The notes under the pieces are model-generated. The model worked only from the letters and a program-made list of their open reading frames with translations, did no database searches and was not told where the DNA came from. The translations under genes and the position numbers were made by a program. Shown in pieces: positions 22,985 to 33,500 of a stretch of 64,000 nucleotides of DNA; position 1 is the stretch's first letter, and every line of letters starts with the position of its first letter. The stretch comes from Blepharisma stoltei ATCC 30299 (lineage: Eukaryota; Protista; Ciliophora), in the NCBI GenBank assembly GCA_965603825.1, contig CBFDEM010000053.1, positions 1,178,001 through 1,242,000 on the forward strand. Direction: 5' to 3'.

Positions 22985-24385
22985 TTAAAAGACTACAGAA
23001 AACTGTGAGGAAAGTCCAAGTTCCATTGTTGCTAAGAAATCATCAAAATCTACTTTCCCATCTCCATTCACATCTGCTTCTCTAATAATGCTCTCCCAAT
23101 ATTCAGAATCAAGAGAATTATCCTTTCCCAAAATTTCTTTGAGATCACTAATGGAAATCATTCCAGTGTTATTTCTATCAAACAAATGGAAAGCATTTTC
23201 CAGCTTCTCTTGTTGCAGATATATACTTCTATCAAGTGTAGAAGCTAGAAATTCTGTATAATCAATTGTTCCATTTTTATTGACATCCATGCTCGAAATA
23301 ATGCTTTCAGTCTCATCTCCAAGCTCTGTTGAGAACTGTTCCAAGCCTTCTTGAAGTTCTTTGTATGATATACAGCCTTTTCCGTCTCTATCAATTCTCA
23401 TAAAAAGATCTCTAAGTCTTGAAATATCTTGCTCATTGCATTGGGAGGCTACACAAAGTAAAATTGCTTTCCTGAATCTTCGAGCTTTATTAAAATTTTT
23501 TAAAGATTGTGTATTAATGTCAAGTGGGAATTCTGGAGAAGCCATCCCAGATAGTCATGGATGCTTCAAAGCTTGTTTAGCTGTAAATCTTAACTCAGGA
23601 TCAGAGACAAGTAAGCTTCTAATTAAATGCTTTGCTGATGGTGAAACTCCTCTCCATTCTTTTCCTCTAAAGTTATAGCTTCCGTTCAAGATCAGTCTAA
23701 AAGTTTCATTATCAGAATTTCCATAAAACGGTGGATATCCACAGAGCATAATATATAAGATGACTCCAGCAGACCAATTATCTGTTGATAATGAGTATGA
23801 GCCTTTTAGAATTTCTGGACTTATATAAAAAGGTGTTCCGATTCTAGTGTACATTAAATCACCTTCATTAGTCACGAATTTGGCTAAACCGAAATCAATA
23901 AGTTTCAATGGAGACTCATGGTTTTTTTCAGAAAACATCAGATTTTCAGGCTTGATATCTCGATGGCAAATACCTTTAGAATGCAAGTAATTAATAGCAA
24001 GCATAAGCTGCCTGAACAGCGCAGCTGCTTCAACCTCGCTGAGTTTACTCTTTTCTGAAATATAGTCAAAGAGCTCTCCTCCTTCGCAGTTCTCGAGGAC
24101 TAAATAAAGGTTTCTTCTTTCTTCAATGATTTCATATAATTTACATAAATTTGGGTGGTCTCCTTGTACCATGGCGTTTATTTCGTTATCTAAACGTTCT
24201 CGATTTTTTACACGATTTTTGTAAATATGTTTAACTGCTCTTATTTGGTTTGTCTCAAGATTTCTCCCAAGATAGACAGAGCCATAGGTACCATCACCAA
24301 GTTTTTTTGATAGTTCATAGCGATCTCCAATTTTTCCTGTGTAAAATTGGACAAAATTGGCTTTTGATAATGCTAAATTTTCCAT
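22985..24385 (-). CDS. Calcium-dependent protein kinase (kinase plus 4 EF-hands, 466 aa)
   Basis: HRDIKPEN, DFG, KHP-TGA(W) at 23555 joining the kinase to EF-hands (DRDGKG, DVNKNG, DRNNTG, DVNGDG). Confidence 0.95.
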
Positions 24386-24767
24386 TTTTGATTATACAAA
24401 TCAAGAATGTTTGATCATTTTGTCCCCCTTGCTCAAAGGTAATTATTTGAAATTTTATTTAATTCATTAATATTTATAAAACAGACAATAATCTATTTTA
24501 TCTTTACATTGCGAGTGTTTTGAGTATTTAATAAAGAAAAAAATAATAAAATTTTAAGAATTCCATAATACTGAGACTGTTATTATCAATTAAATAAACT
24601 TCTGGAATCTCAATATATAAGCTTTGCATACAAGATGATCTATTTTAGTAGTTTTTTTTAATAGTCCTGTCTACTATAAACATAATACTGCAAATAAAAA
24701 AATATTTTTAATTATAATTTGAAATATTAGGCATTTACCAGGCGAATAAAAGTTTAAAAGCCTACAC

Positions 24768-25685
24768 CTACATAGGATGCTTGAAGGCCACTATGATAAC
24801 CGTCATATTATCAGACCCCTGATTTCTCACAGCTTTATGAAAACAGTGATCCAATAGGTCTTCAGCAATATTCCCTACTGGCTTCTTTCTTCTCAACTTT
24901 TTATTGACAAACTCCACAGCTTCTTGTGAAGTCACCATATCCCATATCCCATCACAGGCCAGAATTATAAAATTGTCTTCATCTTTTAGCTCCATTTCTC
25001 TGATATCAGGCACCGAAATAATCATTTGCTTTTCAGGAGGCAAGTCTTCATTGGATTTGAAATCCAGATCTCCTATAGATCTGCTCAAATTTAAATTTCC
25101 CATGACTCTTCCTTGGAGAATCATGCCCCCAGCATTTATTATTCTGCTATTTTCTTCTGGAAGTTCAGGCTTATGATCAACTGACATATCAATTGCCTGT
25201 CCTCCACGACTTAAAACACATCGGCTGTCGCCTGCATTTGCTACATATAATTTATTATCCCTGATTAAAGCTACTACAGCAGTACAGCCAGACATGATTG
25301 CCCTTTCAGTATCAACTGGGTATCCATTTGGAATCCCTTTAGAAATTCTATAAAGCTCTTTTTGCCCATCAGGAGTACGAAGTAAGTCATCCATCCTCAT
25401 AAAGGTCTTTGCAAGGGCTTCTCGGATTCTACCTTTGTGATATGCCTTGGTTTGCTTGATTTCTGTGCAGAAATGCCGTGCGACATATTCAGAAACTTCT
25501 CGACCGCGATGGCCATCGAAGACCCCGAATACTGAAGTGCGTTGATCGAGTAATAAATTCATCAGACGAGAGTCCTGCATGGAATCGCGGAAGCCTTGGG
25601 TATCGGCAGCCCCAAATCTCATTCGAGGACTCTCGCCATGGTTAATGTTTTTAGCAGTTTTGGGTAGAGAATGTCCTTGTCCCAT
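24768..25685 (-). CDS. Protein phosphatase 2C
   Basis: FGVFDGH, ANAGDSR, DHKP, SRSIGD, ACDGIWD, GSDNMT; MG start (possible myristoylation). Confidence 0.95.
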   Translation of the reverse strand: MGQGHSLPKTAKNINHGESPRMRFGAADTQGFRDSMQDSRLMNLLLDQRTSVFGVFDGHRGREVSEYVARHFCTEIKQTKAYHKGRIREALAKTFMRMDDLLRTPDGQKELYRISKGIPNGYPVDTERAIMSGCTAVVALIRDNKLYVANAGDSRCVLSRGGQAIDMSVDHKPELPEENSRIINAGGMILQGRVMGNLNLSRSIGDLDFKSNEDLPPEKQMIISVPDIREMELKDEDNFIILACDGIWDMVTSQEAVEFVNKKLRRKKPVGNIAEDLLDHCFHKAVRNQGSDNMTVIIVAFKHPM

Positions 25686-25981
25686 TATTTAATTTAATAA
25701 AATAAGTTAACCATTATTCACTTAAAAGAATTTCTGAAAAGACAAAAAATTTAAATTTATATGGAAAAAACCTTTTTATTAGAATAGGTATTATTAAAAT
25801 GAAAAGAAAATGCCGATTGCTATTCCTTGAAAATCTTAAAGACTTTAGCATTAATATAATGAGTTGCATGGGAAATATTATGGGTCCTTGATAATTTTGT
25901 TTAGTTTTATCCACATCTCTTAATAAAAATACTAATCGCTATTGCAGCTAAAGATATAGAATTTTTAAGGAGCGCACTTGA

Positions 25982-25988
25982 TATATAA
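25982..25988 (+). promoter_or_regulatory. TATA-like element ~29 nt upstream of the 5S rRNA gene
   Basis: TATATAA at about -29 relative to 26011. Confidence 0.5.
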
Positions 25989-26010
25989 AGGATCGTAAAG
26001 ATAAAACATC

Positions 26011-26129
26011 GTTGTCGGCCATACTATGCCTAACGCACCAGATCCCATCCGAACTCTGAAGTTAAGCGGCATAAGGCGAGGTTAGTACTTGGGTGGGGGA
26101 CCGCCAGGGAAGCCCTCGTGCTGACAGCT
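26011..26129 (+). rRNA. 5S ribosomal RNA
   Basis: GTTGTCGGCCATAC...GATCCCATCCGAACTCTGAAGTTAAGC...TTAGTACTTGGGTGGGGGACCGCCAGGGAAG...GCTGACAGC. The 5' GTTGTC pairs with the 3' GACAGC; ~119 nt. Confidence 0.97.
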
Positions 26130-26133
26130 AATC

Positions 26134-26139
26134 TTTTTT
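26134..26139 (+). terminator. RNA polymerase III oligo-T terminator of the 5S gene
   Basis: T6 run 5 nt after the 5S 3' end. Confidence 0.75.
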
Positions 26140-26213
26140 ATTGGTTTCAGCTTAAATTTATTTACTTCTATTTAATTTTCAAAAAACTTCATTATTTAAA
26201 TATTTAGAATTAC

Positions 26214-27194
26214 TTAATATCCTTTTTCTTTATCTACTACACTAGTAAATGGCTTCCCACTAAGGAAATTTATGAGATGATTTTCAAAGCACCCAACGCA
26301 CAAGTGAGCCAAATCTACAACCATATCAGCATTATGAGGAGAAATTATCAAATTTTTCGCAGTTCATAATGGAGACGTCAGAGGTAAAGGTTCTGTTTTA
26401 AACACATCTAATGCGGCTCCACCTATGATATCATTATTCAATGCATTTGCTAAATCATCTTCATTTATACTGTTTCCTCTTCCAATATTCACTAAAACTG
26501 CAGTTTTTTTCATCAGTGCAAATTCTCTCATTGACATGATATTGTGAGCTGAAGGGTGATTTGGCATTGCCATTGCCAAAAAATCTGCCTGAGGAAGCAC
26601 TTCATGAAGTCTTTGTGTTTCTATAATTTCGTCAGCCCCTTCATCTGGCTCTGTAGCTGTTCTTTTTACTCCAATCACCTTCATTCCTAAACTTTTCCCA
26701 ACTTTTCCTATTGATTTTCCTATAGATCCATACCCCAGAATTACTAAAGTTGACCCATATAGCGTGGGCATAAGGAAAGGTTTATACTCCTTATTACTTT
26801 TTTGAGTCTCAAGAATTGAGAATTTTTTATTGAAATAAAGCATTGAGGCCAGCACATATTCCATGAGGGAATCATTATATGCACCTTTTGAATTTGTGAG
26901 AGGGATTGGGCTTGATTTAAATTCTGGGGTCATGTATGCGTCTACCCCTGAGGTAAATGAGTGAACCCATTTTAAAGGATTGCTGCGTAAAGACTCATTT
27001 AGAGTTGAGGAAGAACAGAATAGCATACAGAGAACGTCGGTGCGTCCCCAGTGATCTGAATTTTGAAACTGGTTCAAGTCATCGAATGTTTCGAGCTTTA
27101 TGTCGGGGTATTTGGACTTGAATGCTTGGAGATGAGGGATGATATAAGAATACGTTTTAGAAACCAGGGCAGATATAATGTATCTTGCTCTCAT
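26214..27194 (-). CDS. D-isomer-specific 2-hydroxyacid dehydrogenase
   Basis: GYGSIG Rossmann motif, NIGRG, LDVFKTEPL, then SPL-TGA(W at 26364)-TAKNLIISPHNA...VDKEKGY-TAA. The catalytic His lies beyond the TGA. An in-frame Met 9 codons further upstream is an alternative start. Confidence 0.9.
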
Positions 27195-27484
27195 CTTTAT
27201 TTTTAAAATTTGTGGAAACATTAACAAAGTAATTAAAACTACATGTAAAGGATACTTAAATGAAATATTTCAGAGTAATGATAATTATTGAATGTACTTG
27301 AGTTGAAATTGTGTTAGTCTTCTCTTTTAAAAAAGCTTTTAATTGTTTAAATTATATATAAGCTATCAATAAATATAAAGTTTGTTATTCACTTAAATTA
27401 TAATTAAAAATTGTAGATGGTTTAAATATGAAAAGTTTTTTCTTAGTGATAATTTCTTTTAGATGACTATAATCAATACTACAC

Positions 27485-27760
27485 CTATCTTCTTTGGGTC
27501 ATAGAGTTTCTTTTTGCTTCTACTGCCTCGCGACATTCTCCAAGATAGTGCTTTCCCTTATTACAAAAAGAACAAAAGCCTTTTTTACAGCTCATACAGT
27601 CAAGATTCTGAGCTTTATAATCTCCTATTAACACTTGAGTGCCTTGCTGAGGAGTTCTACAATGAGGGCATTGAGCAGTTGGGAATTTTTTATTCAGAAC
27701 TGCTCTCTTAGACTCTTCTTCTGGGTTAAAACCAAATGGAAAACCACCTGCGAGATTCAT
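27485..27760 (-). CDS. Small IBR-like zinc-binding protein (91 aa)
   Basis: CPHC...CMSCKKGFCSFCNKGKH...C spacing. Confidence 0.6.
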   Translation of the reverse strand: MNLAGGFPFGFNPEEESKRAVLNKKFPTAQCPHCRTPQQGTQVLIGDYKAQNLDCMSCKKGFCSFCNKGKHYLGECREAVEAKRNSMTQRR

Positions 27761-27951
27761 TTTATATATTACGTTAGCCTTACCATTTTACCGATTAAAC
27801 CATATAAATAAGAGAAGTGTAACAAAAATTTATCAATAAGATTAGGCCATTATTTAAGTATGCGAATATCCAAGCTTAAAGCCAGTAAATTTGCTAATAT
27901 TCCATCATTTTATTTATTAAATTTATTAAGAAGCAAAAAAGTTTGTTATAT

Positions 27952-29511
27952 ATGGCAAAAATAATACCTAGCTATGCCCAAAGACTTGACCCTAAACTCT
28001 TTTTATCATATTTTAAGCAGCATTCACAAAAGCTTTTTGAATCCCCAACAGATGAATGTGCAAAACAAAGCCTTCAAAATCTAATTCAAAATTATAAACA
28101 GAATCATACAGCTTATTACCAAGAGCCAAATCTGCTCAATAGATTAGCTTTCTGATACAATAAAGCCAATATTCTTGATGAAGATTTCAGAAAACTAATA
28201 GAAAATCATAAAAAAACAGCTGAAGAACACAAAACGGGAACCCCTAAGGATCTTCTAGTTTCTAGGGCCAAAGCTATAGCAGAATCTCCTAAAGCACATT
28301 CAATCAAGCCAATCCAAAGAGATAAATCGAAAGCCATAGACATATCAATAAAGTGCAGAAATGAGCAAGAATTTTTAGATTCAGTCTTAGTAACTAATAA
28401 TCATGAGCAATTAAGGCAAATAGAACTTCAGCTCCAAGATATAATTGATAATTCAAATAATTATCAATTACTCTTAAGAGGAATATATGAAATGTGTAGA
28501 AAAGGCTTTTGGTTTGATCGGCTAACTCGTTTAAAAATATGAGAAAAAATGATGACAGCTAACACTACAGATTTAAAAGACTTAAACAGCATCTTAAAAG
28601 TTCTTAATGATCCAAATTTCTTTAATAAACCTCCAGAGCACTCATGAAAAAAATTTGAATTGATGATTTCTTTGAACTCTGGTGCATGAAACCCAGCACT
28701 GACGATGAGTGTTTTAGCTGATGGAACACTCCATAGCCCAATGCTGTTCCATAGGCTAATTGATAGATGAATCAATATGGTTGAAAGTGAAAATGACTAC
28801 ATCACATTTAGTAATGGATTTTATGCTTTGGCACGAACTGATTTTCTAAATCCTCAGCTGCTGGACTGGTGTAAAATTCAAATGAGAAAATTTGCTTCGA
28901 AATTTGATGCAGGTGATATTGTAATAATTTTAAGAGGACTAATATATCATGATTGCTATTGCCTAGAAACTTGAAATATTCTTATTAATGAAATATTTAG
29001 TCACTTGTATAGAAATCTCTCTGCAAGCAGCAAAAGGGATTTATCTCATATTTACAAGTCAATTGAAATTGATAAACCAAATGGCTATGAAGAGCTTTTA
29101 GGGCGGTTCGAGCCTTATAAAGAAAATTTATTCAGCATTTTTAAGTACAAAAGAGCATCAACAGTGTCTCACACAGAAAAATTGCTTGCTAAGGAATTGG
29201 AATCTCTTGAACTTGAATTTACTTGTTCAGAAGATATCGATGATTTTTATGAAGCTGATTTTATTTTGAAGGACAAACGTATTGTAATCGAAGTTTTCGG
29301 GCTCCCATTTCACACAAACCAATATAATTTAGGTATAGACATGAAAACACGTTTAAAATTAAGACATTTGAGGCGCTTAAACTGGAAAGTCATTGCAGTT
29401 TTTAGCTCAAAAGACATAAAAATGAGACTCCGAGAAATAATTCCAATGATGGAAAATATTAAGGAGGCAAAGTGTGCGTATATTTTTGACTCAGAGTTTA
29501 AAATAATATAG
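27952..29511 (+). CDS. Helical-repeat protein with C-terminal RAP domain (FASTK-like organellar RNA-binding protein, 519 aa)
   Basis: Open frame with six TGA-Trp codons. C-terminal YEADFIL...IVIEVFGLPFH...KTRLKLRHLRRLNWKVIAV. The 5' end is uncertain. Confidence 0.75.
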
Positions 29512-29795
29512 CGATTAGGCAAATAATTATAAAGTGCACGTGCTATAACTTTTTTAATTAAATTTATTAGATATTTAATAACAAAAGAAATTGACGTTAA
29601 AGAAGTTTTTTATTACATAGCAGAAGCTCTATCTCTATAGATATATCATAATTGAATTTACATATGCGATTTAAATTCAACCATCCAAAATTGCCTCAAA
29701 TTGAATAAAAATATTTATATTTTCCATAAATAAATTTTGTGGTATTGAAATTTCTCCTCAAATGCATATTGTAAAAGCAAATAATCTAAAATAAA

Positions 29796-30329
29796 ATGAA
29801 ACGAATAGCCCTTCCAATAGTTTCAAAAAAATCTTCCTCGAATCCTCTTGAATATGATTCATCTTCTACAGATCGTCATGATATAACAGCTACAACATCA
29901 ACATCTTCAGTAAACCATAGCCGCATTAAAGACCTCCCATCAAAGAAACACTCATCAAGGTCAATAATAAATTGCCAAAGTTTAAGTAATTTTTCAGATC
30001 TCAGAAGAGCTGAATTCAACCCTTCAGAGTTCGAAATTGCTCCAATTAAAGAAAATAATCAAGAAACTTCTTATGAGGAAGAAGACTCTTTGATACTGGA
30101 ACTAGCTGAGTTCCTCAACAAATCTGATAAGGTGAGTGCTCAGCCAAAGCTTAGCAAGCCTATAATTCCTAAACGAAATCTGAGTAAAAAGCTTTCCCAG
30201 CCGACATTTAGGATTAAAATAGATAGCAACAATATGAAGACAGCCCGTAAAAGAACAACGAATATTGGTAATGAAGGGTTTACACAGCTTTTTAATAAAA
30301 GTGAGAGATCTAGACGAGGAGCTATGTAA
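29796..30329 (+). CDS. Hypothetical Ser/Lys-rich protein (177 aa)
   Basis: ATG to TAA ORF flanked by AT-rich intergenic DNA; no recognised domain. Confidence 0.65.
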   Translation: MKRIALPIVSKKSSSNPLEYDSSSTDRHDITATTSTSSVNHSRIKDLPSKKHSSRSIINCQSLSNFSDLRRAEFNPSEFEIAPIKENNQETSYEEEDSLILELAEFLNKSDKVSAQPKLSKPIIPKRNLSKKLSQPTFRIKIDSNNMKTARKRTTNIGNEGFTQLFNKSERSRRGAM

Positions 30330-30592
30330 TGAATTAACCATTAAATCCCACTGTGTAATAATAAACTAGATTTATTTCGATACTTGTAATCTTATAGTCA
30401 AACTTCTTAATGCATTCTTCCTTAGGACAATTAATAGCATAAATTTCCTATTTATACATAATAGTATAATAATATCATTTCTTAATTCTGAAACAGAATA
30501 AGAATAATATATTGGTACCATATCAGATTTATGGCAGCTCTTTAAAACCCTAGAAATTAATAATTAGTCTAGTTGAAAGGAACTATTTATGG

Positions 30593-33500
30593 TTAAAAGT
30601 GAGTTCTAAACTGCGACATCATCATTGCTGGATCCATGAACCCTCCTCCCATTGTTCCGAAGCCTGTCATCGGCATACTAGGCATGATTGCAGGCACAGA
30701 CCCAAGCCCTGGCATAACCATTTGCATGGCATCCATAGCTTCTAGCGGTGCCCTCATCTGTGCCTCTGCCTTTTCTTCTTCTTTCTTCTCTTTCGCGACC
30801 GACTTCTTTTCCAAATTGGTAATCCTATTATTCATATCTTTCATAGTCTGTATGAAGTACGGCATGGCAAAGTCAAAGTACCCAGCCCTCCATGATAATT
30901 CTAGAACAACATCAGCCGGGATAAATGAATAGCACACATAAGTGCATGCGCAGAAGGCTTCTTTGTCCCTGATCCCTATGAAGTATTTCAAAAGTTCTTC
31001 TGCAAGCTCTGGCGACTTGCTTTCCTGGACAGTTTCCATGGCATCTCCAAAGACTTGGTCATTTTTGCTGATAGCTAAAGACTGTGGGTATCTTTGGTTG
31101 ATTCTGTATAAGTAAGCAGAAATTCTTCTCATTTCTACAAGTGGGTGGCGTTCTAAGGTTTTGGCTAATCCTAACTGATCGAAACTGTCAAAGCTGGTTA
31201 CGGACTGTCTGAGAGTTTCGTAGTCTTCTTGCTCAATTAAAAGTTCGTTCACTGCGTCATTTACTTGAGCGACGTTGTACATCTGTACTGATTGAAGCCA
31301 AGGCAGACACAAGGCAAGATGTCCAGCTCTTCTTAAAACTTGGACTGCTTTAGCGTGATCAATTTTGGCTGAAATGTTCCTTAAGAGGTCGTTAATAAGC
31401 ATAGGCTGCTCTTCGAGATAGAAAATCATGGCCCTGAAGAACAAGTCCTGGTTTGATGCTTTTTGGATCACATCAGTGAAGATTTCGTGGGTCCATGCCT
31501 TAGGAGAATGGTCAATCATTGTGACGAGTGCATTATCAAATTCGTCATATTTGACATATAAGAAAACAGCTTCTGACCACCTTCTGAATCTTTCACAAGC
31601 TCTGAGTAGCTTAGGAATATTAAGCCTTTGGTAGTAGTTCTTGCAGTGCTCCATAAGTTTCTTTGGTCTGTACTTGGCATACAAGATTCCGAGCTCTGTG
31701 AAGATGCCTTGGTGGGCTCTTTCACTGGCCATCCCACTTTCTAAGAGGGCAATAAGTTCATCTGGGTATCCATAGTGCTCATAATGTCTGATGATATCTT
31801 CTAAATGGTCTGGATGAGTAATGATATTCAGCCCAGCCATCATAGCGAGCTTGAATTCCTTGTTAGCTACACATGCGAAGTTCACTTCTTTCCAGACTTT
31901 AGGGTTATTAGCGCTCTTTGCAGCTTCCATTGCTTCCATAAATCTCTTAAGTTTCACCAAACAGCTAGCTAATCTAGCATAATTGTTGATGCTGGCAAAT
32001 AGAATTCTGGCAGCTTCATAGAGTTTTTCATCAAAGCATCTGTCTCCTACCTTTCCAACGTCAGCTTGGTTGCTGTTTGAAATAAATTCTTCTAATTCGT
32101 TTAACATGTCGCATTTTGCTAATGCAAATAGGAGCTCGGTATCAATAATAGGGTCTTTTTGGTTTAACTGTTGGCTTCTAGCAAGCATTAAGAACTTAAT
32201 GAGCTTGACGAAGGACTGGTTTCTTTCTGCAGCAGCGATCACGAGTTGGTAGCTACTTGCGTCCTTTGCTTTAATATAGGATTCAATTGCGTCGTCAACT
32301 TTGTCAGCATCTAATTGTGCACGGCCAAGCCTTGACCAGACTTCAGGACTAGCAACTCTTTCAGCGAATTCTGAAGCTCTTTCTAAGTTTCCGATGTGCC
32401 CGAGAAGCACTTCAATAGCTTCTGCGTTCATGCCAGCCTTTCTATAAATCAAAAAGGCTTCTTCAGCTAGTCCATGTTGTGAAAGAGCGTATTGAGCAAT
32501 TTCAAGGGCATCATAGTTGTCAAGTCTATTAATATAGTCAACTACACGAGTTGGCTCAGCTTTGATGGCAGTTACAAGGAGCATATTTTGAAGATTCTTG
32601 TTCTTAGAGAAATCTGACTTGTGAAGGACAATTTTTTCAAGCAACTCCATAAGTTCTTTCTGTAGCTCAGCTTTAAGGAACGATTTTACGGTGATAGAGA
32701 CTTCTTCAGCATCTTTGCTATCAGGCAAAGCTGATGCAATGACTTGGTCAATAACGCTTCTTCTATGTTGGTTTTCAGTTGACAACACTTTAGCCCAGAG
32801 TTCCAAGTTCTTTCTTTCTACAAGATATCTGGCTTGTGCTCTGTACATTGAGTTTCTATTTGTCAAATCAATAAGTTCGTCATCACATTCTCCCCAAGCT
32901 CTTGTATAAGCCTTAACAGCGAGGTCTGCGTTTCTTTCTTCGCAGTATTTTCCTACTATTTTTGAGTCATAGAATTGATTTCTTATCAAAAAGTCTTCAG
33001 GATCTCTATTGATGTCAATATAAATCTTAGCCAAGGCTGTGTGGATTGCTGACTCTTGGTTTCCTTCTCTGTCTCTATCTTCAAGCCACGACTGAATGAT
33101 CCTAAGTCTGTTTCTTTTTTCCATTTCTTCTATAAGTGGCTGTGAAGGACAGCTTGCTCTTAAGGTGTTCAATATTTGTTTTATATATGATTCATCAGCG
33201 TCAAGATCTGCTAATGTTCCAAGCACAACTGGGGCAGCTTTAGGGTTCAGCTTAATCAAATAGACGTCAATATATTTGGTCAACGCGTTCTTATACAGAT
33301 ACCTAGTAAGTTCTTCACCGAATCCATGTATATCGCACAAATAAATAAGTGGTCTTGGGTCTGGCAATTTGATATCCTTTAAGAAGTCTTTAACCTTGAC
33401 TGGGTCATAGAATTTGGTTTCTCTGATAACTCTTTCCACTTCTTTGCTTTGGTTCAGCTTGGCTGCAGCTTCAATATACTTGAAATAAACATCAGGATCT

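Noticed and set aside
27860-27964. Upstream ATG 27860 encoding a basic, mitochondrial-transit-like peptide for the RAP gene
   Set aside because: Out of frame with the main ORF, and no canonical 15/16-nt intron joins them; cannot be supported without cDNA.
8237-29511. Apparent clusters of pseudogenes or operon-like split genes in the ORF track
   Set aside because: The pieces are in one frame and separated only by TGA; they are intact genes under UGA=Trp.
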